Source: Macrostomum lignano
Taxonomy: Eukaryota
Reading direction: 5' to 3'
Length of the DNA: 64,000 bases
NCBI GenBank assembly: GCA_002269645.1
Contig: NIVC01000975.1
Span: 186,001-250,000, forward strand
The position numbers were made by a program, and so were the translations under genes. Shown here piece after piece: positions 39,880 to 53,300 of the stretch (position 1 is its first letter; the number at the start of each line of letters is the position of its first letter). Below the pieces are notes generated by a model. The model was given only the letters and a program-made list of their open reading frames with translations. It had not been told where the DNA came from and searched no databases.

Positions 39880-41198
39880 CTTTGAGAAACAGTGGGGCTG
39901 CGATCCGTGCTGAGATGCCGATGCTCGAAGCCCGTCTGTGCCTGAGCTGCAATGCGGAGCGGTAGAGACTTTATTACATGTACTTTGTAACTCTACTGTC
40001 ATTAGCTGTACTGTCAAATTATTTAGCCTGAAATTTCGCCTTTTTGCCTGACTGTATGCTCTCTATGAAGTGGATTATTATTATGTGGATTATTTTATTA
40101 TCTAAACATGATCGAATACGGGCAGTTTACTGGAAAGGGTTAATGCCAGAGTAAATGAGTTCAGAGAAAGTTGCTGTATAGATAGCAGGGTGGGTAGGGT
40201 GAGTGGTTGTGTAGTAGTGTGTGTTAGGGTTGGTTGGGGTTATGATGGTTAGGGTGAGTGATATGGTGGGTACGATGAGTCAGAGTGGATAGGTTGAATC
40301 AAAGGTTGGTTAGGGTGAGTGATAGAGTGTGTACGTTGATTCAGAGAGTATTTACATGTACTGTGGGAGATCACAAAGACTGGTGCAAATAAGCGGGCAC
40401 ACCAGTTTGAAATCAAGGAATGTCCTATACGTATAACAAACATATTAATGTGATACAAGCAAACAGAGCATTCTTCCATGTGTTTGTTTTTTTCTCAGTG
40501 AAGTCAAGTAGACAGAGTGCAGCGTGCTCAGAGGCGGTAATTCTCAACAAGCCAACTCAAACGGGCAGAGACAACCATGCAGTTAGCTGTGCTCAGTCCT
40601 AAACTGCAGGATTGGAATTACACAACTTGAGTAGCTAAATGCCATTCAGACTGCCAGAGAAGGTGAGCTGTCAGCAGCACTAGCGAGTTGGCAGCCATGA
40701 AAATCTGCATTGAAGCGGCAGCACAGCTGAAGCATCGCATGGCTGGCAAAATGCCTTGCGGAGAAGCTCAGTGCGGGAAACACCTCAATGCGAAGCCTCA
40801 GAAGAAAACTGCTGCAGCTGAAACACTCGACCAACTTGATCAGCTGACGGAATATCCGCTGGCTGAGGCCCTGCGAGCTGAGCAACTGCCAATGACAACA
40901 GCTGCATTGAACACCCTATGTGGTCTATTAAAGTCAACATTAAAAGAATCAACACCACAAGGCAAACATTTAAACTAACGAATTAGTAAAAATTGAAACA
41001 ATAAAGTTGTATTTAGTTAAAGCAAACCAGTTAAAGGTTATTAGTAACAATAAAGTGTGCAAGGCAGCCATGCATTTAATTTAATTAATGAAGAAAATTT
41101 ATAGCCCCACATCAAGACAAACATTAAAACAAACATGGGGAACTTAAACACTGGCTGTGAAAGTTGTGTATCGAGAAAATTCCATCATGCAGACAATA

Positions 41199-42231
41199 CG
41201 AGGGATGCTTAATAAGTTCGCAGAAAATGTAGCTTTTTGTGTTTATATCAGTACATATTAAAACTTCACGTCAATTTTCAGTCTTTTTGCTTAAAATGCT
41301 ACGACGCAATGGTCGAAAAAGTGATACGAACCCAGAACCTGTCCTGGGATTGACAATGTGACAGACGAGTTGCAGTTCTTGTTCAATTTCGACTTGGCCA
41401 ATCTGCCTCTCGAACGCTTGCAGATGCTTTTAAAATCGCTGGGTGATGAAGCCCCATCCCAGACAATGGTGTGCAAGTCGTGAACGCGAAGGCCGTCCAA
41501 AGTCGGTTATTACGAACGCAACAGTGGCCAGTGTCCAAAGACTGCTCGATGAAGATCGAGGAGTGACGGTTGGCGAAATCGAGAAACATGTCGGGATTTC
41601 GGATTCAAGCGCCATTTCCATCTTGCATGATCATCTGGGCATGAGGAAAGCGTCTGCACGCCGGGTGCCCCATCACTTGAACTTCAGTCTTATTCCGGTG
41701 GTGTGGCATCCTGCCACACATTCTATTCAAGAAAGGTGCCACAGTGACTATTACTCAAGTGTCTGCTTGTCCCAGGTGCTGGAGCTCCTCTGTCAGGGTG
41801 CGGCCAAAGATCAGACACCATATACCATTTTCTTGCACCATGACAATGCTCCAGCTCACCGAGCCAGAGTGACACAGGAGTTTCTGGCATTGAATCAGCT
41901 GACTCTGCTGCCACATCCAGCATACTCGCCTGAAATCGCTCCAGCTGATTTCTTCTTCTTCAAGAAGATCAAGAAGAATCTCAAGGGAAAGCGTTTTGAC
42001 TCACGCAAGAAGCTTAAAGAGGCGTTGAAAGCGAAGCTGGAAGCTGTCCCTTAGGTGAAATTAAGGGCCTGTTTTGCAGAATGGTTTCATGCGATGGAGA
42101 AATGCAGAAATCTGTCTGAAAACTATGCTGAGAAGTCTCATTAATTGGGGGGGGGATACATTCAAAAAAATTTTCAGGTGGCAGCATATTCAGAAGTGTC
42201 TTTTTTCCGCGAACTTATTAAGCATCCATTG
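41199..42231 (+). mobile_element. Internally deleted mariner (DD34D-type) DNA transposon
   Basis: Left TIR CGAGGGATGCTTAATAAGTTCGCAGAAAA after TA (41197-98); imperfect right TIR 42203-42231. Transposase remnant with GRP-HTH, RVPHHL (WVPHEL-like), HHDNAPAH and YSPEIAPAD; the region with the first catalytic Asp is missing. Confidence 0.9.
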
Positions 42232-42589
42232 CAACAACTCTCGGTTTTACAAAACTCAAAGAACAAATGTTAAGAAGTAGAAACGATGCACGAGTGCTGA
42301 GTAGTGATACAGACAGTAATGCTATGAGAAACAACTGGAAACCTTTAGCAGCAGTATTGTATATGCCGTGACTAACTAGTCATTGACTGCTGTCGCTAAC
42401 AGGTCATTGAATTAGCATCCGCATGTATCGCTCTAGAATAATTCAGCGAAGATCATTAAAGCTCTAAAAACAAAAGGACAAGACAAAAACGCTCTTAAAC
42501 GACAACAAGCAAACAGTTGGCGGACAGTATGGACCAAGACCAATTGTTCATATTGGCAATTGGCGGAGTGCAGCAAATTTGAATACTCG

Positions 42590-42930
42590 CTACACAACGT
42601 GCTGCTCGGAGTGGCTATTAAGATTGCTGACTTGATTGAATCTCTTGCCGCACACTTTGCACTGAAATGGCTTATCACCAGTGTGTAGCCTTGAGTGGGT
42701 AGTGAGGCTGCTATTGACACTGAATCTCTTGCCGCACACCTGGCAAACAAATGGCTTTACTCCGGTGTGCAGCCTTAAGTGCTTAGTGAGACCGCTGCTG
42801 TCACTGAATCTCTTGCCGCACATCCTGCACTCAATTGGCTTTTCTCCCGTGTGCACCCTTGAGTGCCTAGTAAGGCTGCTGTTTTCATTGAATCTCTTGC
42901 CGCACACTTTGCACGCAAATGGCTTTTCTC
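42590..42930 (-). pseudogene. 5'-truncated C2H2 zinc-finger fragment (4 fingers)
   Basis: Fingers and terminal QHVV-stop are homologous to the other copies; the upstream part is replaced by spacer sequence. Confidence 0.85.
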
Positions 42931-43219
42931 CCGTTTCATTACACAAAACCCAATTTTTTTAAAGCACTCCTACAGCAGGTAAGCAGATGAGACGGAAACA
43001 ACAATTGGGGACCTTTGGCAGCAACAAGTAAAAATCCGGTCTGCTCTCAGTAACTGGCCATTGGCTGCTGACATTGGATTAGTTTCCGTATGCATTACTT
43101 TAGGAAAAACTCCAAAAAAATTATTAAGACATAAAACTGTTAGGTAATTAAAGCTTACTGTCAATCCAGGATTGGTGGTCTGCCCTTGCAATCACACAGA
43201 GCGAAATGTTAAATATTCG

Positions 43220-44213
<994 letters not shown>

Positions 44214-44365
44214 CTCTGAGAAACTGTGGGGCTGCGATCCGTGCTGAGATGCCGATGCTCGAAGCCGGTCTGTGCCTGAGCTGCAATGCGGAGTGGTAGG
44301 GACTTTGTCATTTTGGTAATCTATCTAGGTTTGAATGAAACTCAAAGCTTTTTACACACACATAA

Positions 44366-45236
44366 TCTCTCTTAATACTAAAACTGACGCGATGTTTGTC
44401 TGTCTGTCTGTCTGTATGTTGCAAGTGAACTCCTACAATTCTGCCAAGTCAGCGTCGAAACTTATACGGGAAAACTGCAAATTTTCTAACTATAAAAATC
44501 AAAACTCTGTGTGTCTGTCTGTGGACAATTTTGATCGCTATGGACTCCCAAACCGCTCAACCAAATTACACCAAACTTTACACCCACCCTAAACTTACTA
44601 CGGAGAATGTCTTAGGCTACCTTTAATTTTCCCAGACTCAAGTCTTCCTACCTAAAAGTACAAAAAACTGCTCAAAATGCGCGATTTTTTTCACTAAATC
44701 CTCCATAGCGCCGCTCCACTTCTACCGATTCTCTTCAAATTTGACACAGACAATCTTCAACTATTTTGGCACAATCATATAAAATTTCAAGTCTCAAAGT
44801 TAATCCTGAACGGCGCTGTGCACTTTTAAAGTTAGGCTGTTTTTTTTCAGCGAGGCAGCCACCCCAACCTCCGCCCGCCTGCCTCTCTTGCCCGATCTGG
44901 GCAAAGGGTTTAAATAGGGTTTTAAAATGCCTAACTTTCGGCTGCCATAGTTTTGCTCCACGTGAAGCGATTGACTTCAAATTTGACACAATTCTTTATT
45001 GACTCATTCTCTGCCTACATGTAAAGTCTCAACTCTGTATCTCAATCAGGACAGAAACTGTAAGCATGTGAAGTTTGTCTGCTTTTTCTGTTGTTTGTGC
45101 CGCTCACTCACTCATTCCCCCAGCCCAGACGAAGGGTCAGGCGATAGGGCTCAATGTAAATAGCGAGTGTACAGTGTTTTGGAATAACTTTTTAATAGCC
45201 TTCTCTGCACCCCGCGCGCGGAGAGGCTACGTTTAG
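44366..45236 (+). mobile_element. Candidate non-autonomous Helitron-like element
   Basis: Starts A|TC, has a (TGTC)n tract near the 5' end and a GC palindrome CCGCGCGCGG near the 3' end. No clean terminal CTRR is seen. Confidence 0.35.
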
Positions 45237-45689
45237 CCATGACAGTTTAGCGAGAGATTCAAACCAGTGTCCTCTGTATAGACAAGTCTGCAGCAGTTTA
45301 ACAGTGGATGGCAAATCAAGGCGATGTGGGATGGTTTGTAAAAATAGCGAAAAATTAATGAATAACTGATTAGTAGTGATTACAATGCAATCCTACTAAA
45401 TTAGTTACACCATGAAAATTTTAACATTAAGATTCGCATAAGGTACTTTAAAATTTAAATGGCTCCTAAGAAATACGTATTTCCTTGGTTGCTAGACTGC
45501 TGCAGACTGTGGTGGTGGAGCTGGGCTGGAGGGAGATACAAAAATTCCTCTCAGGGCTGCTAATTGGCCAGAAATATAATGTGGTTAAAGCATAACAACC
45601 ATGAGAGTACTACGTCCCACAAACGCTTTCGAAGCGGGGATTGGCAGACTTTAACCTCAAATGCCAGATAAAGAATGCAGCTCATGGCT

Positions 45690-46970
45690 GATGAGATGAG
45701 AGTTAAAAGGAGAAGCAATAGACTATAAGAAGAGAGGAGAAGCGAGAGGAGGATAAGAGAAAAGATAGAAGACAAGAAGAGAGATGATGGGGTAAGGATA
45801 AGGAGTGAGCAGATAATATTGGAGTAAGAAGCGAGAGGAGAAGAGAGAGAAGAGAGAGGAAAGAGTAGAAGTGAGAAGAGGGAGAGAGAAGATGGGAGAG
45901 ATGAGACAGGATCGATGACAGAGGAGAGTAGAGAAGAGTGAGAAGAGAGTAGACATGAGAGATGAAGGAGGAGAGAGCAGAGTGCAGAAAGGCGAGAGAA
46001 GAGAATAGAGGGGAGAGAGTATAGTAGAGAGAAGAGGAGTAAGGAAAGAGAGGAATCAGAAGAGGGTAAAGAGAAGAGTACACTGAAGATTGGAGAGTAC
46101 AGATGGCAGAAAAGAGAGGGGATGAGAGTGAACACGATATCTGAGAGGAGAGAGGAGAGAGGAGTCAGATGAGGGGAAAGAGAAGAGTACAGAGGAGAGA
46201 GGTGAGAACATACAGTAAAGATGACAGATGAGAGAGGGAAGATAAGACTGAGAGAGCAAAGACGAGAGATAGGAGAGTAGAGAGAAAAGAGGATAGATAA
46301 GATATAAGAGATGAGAGATGAAAGGTGAGACAAAGGGAGAGAGAGAAGTGAGTGAGGAAAGAGGAGGGGAGGGGAGAGAATCGAGAGGACAGGGGAAAGA
46401 GGGGAAAGGATGAGAGAGGGGAGAGGAGAGAGAGGGAGAGATAGAGGTAGAGAGCATGCAGAGAGAAATGAGAAGAGATAAGAGAGAAAAGATAAAAGAA
46501 GAGAAAGGAGAGATAGATAAGAGAGCAAAGACGAGAGAGGAGAGGTGAAGGAAGAGACAATAGAAGAGAGGAGAGAGAAGAGAGGAGAGGAGAGAGACGA
46601 GAGAGTACAGAGTACAGAGGAGGGAGGAGAGGAGAAAGGAGAGAGGAGAAGTGTTCGGAGAGGGTAGAGTAAGGAGTGAGAAGAGGGGAGAGGGAAGAGA
46701 GAATAGAGAGCAGAGAGAAGAGATTAGATAGCAGAGAGAAAATAGAGTAGAGAGGAGAGAGAACAGAGAGTAGAGAGCAGAGGGAAGATAGAATAGAGAG
46801 AGTAGAGGAGAGAGATGAAACAGGAGAAAGGGAGAGATAAGAGAGCAGAGAGGAGAGGAGAGGAGAGAAATTATTAAGAGGGAATAGACGAGAGAAGAGG
46901 GGATAGAGGAGAGAGAGAAGAGACCACAGACCAGAGAGAAGAGAGAAAATAGAAGAGAAGGTAAAGATAG
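45690..46970. repeat. 1.3 kb purine-rich (GA) low-complexity tract
   Basis: Direct reading; source of the LSSL-type ORFs. Confidence 0.95.
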
Positions 46971-47544
46971 AAGTTTCTAAGGATCCAACTTCCAAGGGAC
47001 ACAAGGAGAGGCAGAGGCCATGAGTTTGCCTGACATTCTGTGCAGCACCCCAACCAACAATATTAATGTTTGCTTCAAATACTAATTGTACATGAATGTA
47101 CTCTATTTTATGTTTAACTCTATCCTAAATTCCTAACTATTAAAAAGTTTTTGTTTAAGTATGGGCTCAGATTTCAGAATACATGCAAAAATAGTTCCGG
47201 GGATTGGAATTCCCCGGGTTCAAATTCCGCGGGTTTCAACAGCTTGTATATATATATATTATGTATGTATTATATAAATATATATATAGATATAGCATAA
47301 AGCTTTAGGATGAAATGTGGAGACTGAAAATGTTTTGTGAGAAGATTCTCTTTGATGATAAAGATAGTCGGTTGTTCAGATTGGAGACAAAAAATTCAAG
47401 CATTCAATTTGCTTTAGCACTCGTATTTGCATATAGTCAGACCCCAGATACCTCGGAGGCGATTGCTAACAAGGCTCAATATTGGCAGCTATGAGAGTGG
47501 CTAGGGACCTGCAGGCAGTTGAGTACGAATGACAAAGGTGAAGA

Positions 47545-49540
47545 GCCCTCCAGATCAAGAGCCCTCCGAGATCGAGAGCCTTCCCAGATGGAGAGCCCTC
47601 TCATATCAAGAGCCTTCCCAGATCAAGAGCCCTCCCAGATCAAGAGCCCTCCCAGATCAAGAGCCCTCCCAGATCGAGAGCCCTCCCAGATCAAGAGCCC
47701 TCCGAGATCGAGAGCCTTCCCAGATGGAGAGCCCTCTCATATCAAGAGCCCTCCGAGATCGAGAGCCCTCCCAGATCAAGAGCCCTCCCAGATCAAGAGC
47801 CCTCCCAGATCGAGAGCCCTCCCAGATCGAGAGCCCTCCCAAATAGAGAGCCCTCCCAGACAGAGAGCCTTCCCAGATCAAGAGCCCTCCCAGATAGAGA
47901 GCCCTCTAAGATCGAGAGCCCTCCCAGATAGAGAGCCCTCTAAGATCGAGAGCCCTCCCAGATAGAGAGCCCTCCCAGATAGAGAGCCCTCTAAGATCGA
48001 GAGCCCTCCCAGATAGAGAGCCCTCTAAGATCGAGAGCCCTCCCAGACAGAGAGCCTTCCCAGATCAAGAGCCCTCCCAGATAGAGAGCCCTCCCAGATC
48101 AAGAGCCTTCCCAGATCGAGAGCCCTCCCAAATAGAGAGCCCTCCCAGACAGAGAGCCCTCCCAGATCGAGAGCCCTCCCAAATAGAGAGCCCTCCCAGA
48201 CAGAGAGCCTTCCCAGATCAAGAGCCCTCCCAGATCAAGAGCCCTCCCAGATCAAGAGCCCTCCCAGATCGAGAGCCCTCCCAGATCAAGAGCCCTCCGA
48301 GATCGAGAGCCTTCCCAGATGGAGAGCCCTCTCATATCAAGAGCCCTCCGAGATCGAGAGCCCTCCCAGATCAAGAGCCCTCCCAGATCAAGAGCCCTCC
48401 CAGATCGAGAGCCCTCCCAGATCGAGAGCCCTCCCAAATAGAGAGCCCTCCCAGACAGAGAGCCTTCCCAGATCAAGAGCCCTCCCAGATAGAGAGCCCT
48501 CTAAGATCGAGAGCCCTCCCAGATAGAGAGCCCTCTAAGATCGAGAGCCCTCCCAGATAGAGAGCCCTCTAAGATCGAGAGCCCTCCCAGACAGAGAGCC
48601 TTCCCAGATCAAGAGCCCTCCCAGATAGAGAGCCCTCTAAGATCAAGAGCCCTCCCAGATCGAGAGCCCTCCCAGATCAAGAGCCTTCCCAGATCGAGAG
48701 CCCTCCCAAATAGAGAGCCCTCCCAGACAGAGAGCCCTCCCAGATCGAGAGCCCTCCCAAATAGAGAGCCCTCCCAGACAGAGAGCCTTCCCAGATCAAG
48801 AGCCCTCCCAGATAGAGAGCCCTCTAAGATCGAGAGCCCTCCCAGATCGAGAGCCCTCCCAAATAGAGAGCCCTCCCAGACAGAGAGCCTTCCCAGATCA
48901 AGAGCCCTCCCAGATAGAGAGCCCTCTAAGATCGAGAGCCCTCCCAGATAGAGAGCCCTCTAAGATCGAGAGCCCTCCCAGATAGAGAGCCCTCTAAGAT
49001 CGAGAGCCCTCCCAGACAGAGAGCCTTCCCAGATCAAGAGCCCTCCCAGATAGAGAGCCCTCTAAGATCGAGAGCCCTCCCAGATCAAGAGCCCTCTAAG
49101 ATCGAGAGCCCTCCCAGATAGAGAGCCCTCTAAGATCGAGAGCCCTCCCAGACAGAGAGCCTTCCCAGATCAAGAGCCCTCCCAGATAGAGAGCCCTCTA
49201 AGATCGAGAGCCCTCCCAGATCAAGAGCCTTCCAAGATCAAGAGCCTTCCCAGATCGATAGCCCTCCCAAATAGAGAGCCCTCCCAGACAGAGAGCCTTC
49301 CCAGATCAAGAGCCCTCCCAGATAGAGAGCCCTCTAAGATCGAGAGCCCTCCCAGATAGAGAGCCCTCTAAGATCGAGAGCCCTCCCAGATAGAGAGCCC
49401 TCTAAGATCGAGAGCCCTCCCAGATAGAGAGCCCTCTAAGATCGAGAGCCCTCCCAGATCAAGAGCCTTCCAAGATCGAGAGCCTTCCCGGTTCCCAGAT
49501 CGAGAGCCTTTTCCAGATCAAGAGCCCTCTCAGATCGAGG
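47545..49540. repeat. 2 kb 17-bp minisatellite (GAGAGCCCTCCCAGATC) with higher-order duplicated blocks
   Basis: Direct reading; identical 74-aa antisense ORFs at 47657 and 48252 show a 595-bp internal duplication. Confidence 0.95.
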
Positions 49541-50039
49541 GCATTCTCAATTTTAGTTGACTCAATTAATGTAGTGCCAGACATTTGGAGACTAATAAAA
49601 CGTCGATATATAGCTGATATGCTCTCGATTTAATTATGAAATTTCTAGGACCCAAATTTAGTTAACTACACAACGGTTTCTAGAAAAATAATCAAGTCGT
49701 TTTTTTATTGAGTTTATATTTATATTGTTTTACATTATAAACAGATTTACAATTTGCGAGCATGCATACGTACAATCACAGAATCAAATTAATGTGGAGG
49801 CATTTGTCTGCTTAGTACAACAGTGCTACCTAGTGCTAGTTTAGCAAGGAAAGATTTTTATTCGTATTGCTTTTGATCTGAATTTGGCAGCAGAATTAAT
49901 TAAATACTCGTAGTTAAAGAAACATTACCAAACTTGAACAAAAAAAATTAACAAAATCTTTTTGCTTGGCTGTTTAGCTGGAATTATGTAGCATGTCACT
50001 CCCGGTGGTACGTTTTACTACGTGGGATGTCATCTAGAT

Positions 50040-50370
50040 AAAATGTCACTCTAGGTGAAATGTCACTCTAGGTGAAATGTCCCTCTAGGCGAAGTGTCAC
50101 TTTAGGTGAAATGTCACTCTAGGTGAAATGTCACTCTAGGTGAAATGTCCCTCTAGGCGAAGTGTCACTCTAGGTGAAATGTCACTCTAGGTGAAATGTC
50201 ACTCTAGGTGAAATGTCACTCTAGGTGAAATGTACCTCTAGGCGAAGTGTCACTCTAGGTGAAATGTCACTCTAGGTGAAATGTCACTCTAGGTGAAATG
50301 TCCCTCTAGGCGAAGTGTCACTCTAGGTGCGATGTCACTCCAGATGGGATGTCACTCTAGGTGAAATGTC
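50040..50370. repeat. 17-bp minisatellite (AAATGTCACTCTAGGTG)
   Basis: Direct reading. Confidence 0.92.
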
Positions 50371-53300
50371 ACTCCAGGCTTCCAGCTTCACCGTTCTCGC
50401 GGCCAACCGGAAGCTCAACGCCGAACCGCAGCTGCCACGGCTCAGCCAATCGGCGGCGAAGTTCGCGCCTAGCGGCTCCGGTTGGCATGACAACCGACCA
50501 GGAGGCAACGCCATCCTCTGGGAAGAAGTCGAGCCGAACCGGCGCACCTGCCGGCGAGCTGGCATCCCTATCCAGAATGGTCAGGGACTGCAGCGAGGTG
50601 AGTGGAGCCGAGTTAATCAGCTGACATTTGGCTCGCCAGTCCAGCTGCTGGCAGTCAGCCAGAGCTTCGGCCAAGTCAGCCGGTGGCAGCGCCAGCAGCC
50701 GCAGCATCTCGGCATCTCCATCGTCGGCGGCTTCGTCAACGACAAGAAGCGCTGAGGTGCACGAATCTGCCAGGGTGACCCAGTGGCAACGGTCCCGCCC
50801 GCCGTCATCGACGCCGGCATCAACGTCTGGACGGTCGCAGTGTCGGCGCAGACAGTCAATCAGACCGTCAAGTTTGGCGCGGTGCCCCATCGGCGCCAGA
50901 AGTTGCGCCTCGGAGGTCCAGCGAAGCAGGACGAAGCCGCCAGCCCAGTGGCCAAGGCGGACGGTCTGCAGAGCGGCCAGCGGCCATTTCTGGAGTAGCG
51001 CCAGGCTGCGGCCGAGGTCTTCGTCGGCCACTGCCAGACTACGCGGGCAATAGTCCAGCAGCAGGAGCTGCCGCGTGGTGGCTACGAGAATGGCGGCTCG
51101 CTTGGCCTCCCAGTTGGAGTTGCGCTTGCCAGACAGGAAGTGACAGCCAGCCAGCAGCACGGTGAACTTGGCGTCCTCTCCGTCACCAAGCAGCGACAGA
51201 TCTAGGTGCAGTTTGAGCCGATGGTCCATGACCTCCGGGCTGGTTGGGTCGAACATTAGAACATTGTCTGCCAGCATCTCCTTGGTGTCGTCATCATCGG
51301 GCACGCCTGCAGTCACGTCCGTGGTAGCATCCGCGTTGGCGGTCACGAAGGCCTCCGTGTCGGTTGGTGCAGCGGTTGAGAGGCTAAGGGCTGGGCTCTG
51401 CAAACAGGGTGAGACGCTTGACTAATTACCACCGAGTGTTAGCGACTGCTCATGTACACAAGTGCCTGTTTGAGTAGGGACTGCTCATGTACACAAGTGC
51501 CTGTTTGAGTAGGGACTGCTCATGTACACAAGTGCCTGTTTGAGTAGGGACTGCTCATGTACACAAGTGCCTGTTTGAGTAGGGACTGCTCATGTACACA
51601 AGTGCCTGTTTGAGTAGGGACTGCTCATGTACACAAGTGCCTGTTTGAGTAGGGACTGCTCATGTACACAAGTGCCTGTTTGAGTAGGGACTGCTCATGT
51701 ACAAAAGTGCCTGTTTGAGTAGGGACTGCTCATGTACACAAGTGCCTGTTTGAGTAGGGACTGCTCAAGTACACAAATACCTGTTTGAGTAGGGACTGCT
51801 CATGTACAAAAATGCCTGAGTACGGACTGCCCCGTGTCTGTCGCACAGATAACAGAGCTCCAGTGACCCGTGACAGCTCACCTCTTCGCAGGCGTCCATC
51901 GTGCCAAGAGCAGTCGCTGACTCGCTGACTGTCGCTGACTGTCCGACATTGAAGTCAGCAGTTAAAGTCGGTCCAGCGGCACCTTGAGTGTCCATGGACA
52001 CTATTGAGGGTGTCCGAGCAAACGCATCGGTAGAAGCGGGGCCTTCGGCAGCCGCTGCGTTCGCCGAAGACGGATCTGGCGAGACAGACTCTGCATCTAG
52101 CGACGGCGGCGACACTCTTGGGGCCGATAGCTCAGTGCCGACGCTGCCGACAAAGAACCTGGCAACAGCAGCAGCCGGTGGATCCAATGACGAAGCCTGC
52201 AGCTGTGCAGCAGCGGTGGTGGCGGCGGCGTCAGTGGACAAAATAAACTCGGAGCCGCAGCTCGGACACACCGGAGCCTCCCGAATATCCGACAGGCTGT
52301 GCGCGCTCTCGCAGGGCAAAATCGACCGGCTGGCTTCGGCAATGTCGAACGAGTGCTCGCAGCGGGCGCAGCGGTACCTGTCAGGCGGGACGGTGGCGGC
52401 GAAGGGGGACAGCAGCGATGCCAGCTGGCCAGCATCGGCTGGATCGTCTTCTTGAAGCTGGAAGCTGCGCACCAGCTGTTGCTGATCGAATCGAAGCCTC
52501 ATCTGCAGGCCTGAGTTCGACGCCGACGGCAACTCCAAAGCGACGAGCTTTCGAAGGTCGATCTCTTCGGCCAGCCGGCCGTCGGGATGTCGAATAGTCA
52601 GCAGATGGCCGGCCAGGCTGAGCATCACCGCGGAGCCGGTGTCGCCCTGCACAGCCAGGAACTGGTGACCGCGGATCAAGCCGAGCTCCTGTTCCACGGA
52701 GGCTGAGGCGGCAGCAGCAGTGTCAGAAGATTTAACTGGCTCCGGCTGCGGCATCCGGGACGTCGGCAGAACGAAGACATCAGAGCCGATGGAGTCCATC
52801 ACAGGCGTCGGATCTCCGATGTTGGCATCGGCGGCGGCTAGCAGCGGGGCTGCTGAACTTGCGGCGGGAACAGCCAGGTTGGCTGACTTCGCCTGATTCT
52901 GCTGCACAACCGATGTCGGTGGTGGTGGTGGCGGCGGCGGCGGCGGCGGTTCCAGCGGCGTGGAAGAGACAGCGACAGGGAACTCATCGGAGGCTGTCAT
53001 CAAGGCTTCGGCATCCCTTAGTTGCTGCTCCTCTTGTCGCTGCTGCTGCTGCTGGCGGAGCTGCCGATGCTGTCGCTGTTGCTCATTCAGCCGCACAATG
53101 TAGCCGTCTCCGTATCGCTGCCGCAGCCCGGCCAGGTACTCGCGCATGTTCTGCTGCCCCCCAGTGGGCGATGGAGCGGAGGCTGGACGGGTTGCCAGGG
53201 GGGAGGGGATCTTCCATTAGCAATAGAATACGGGATTTCAATAGAAATGGAAGTCCTTAACTCGAGTCCTTAATCTTAACATTAATTACTGAGGTCCTCT

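Noticed and set aside
45560-47510. Candidate extra exons around 45560-45690, 46980-47040 and 47450-47507
   Set aside because: Splice-like signals are present, but the 47450 segment has stops in all frames and none shows homology.
47519-47965. SPPRSRALPD-repeat ORF resembling an RS/CTD-like protein
   Set aside because: Translation of the 17-bp minisatellite, with no unique flanking coding sequence.
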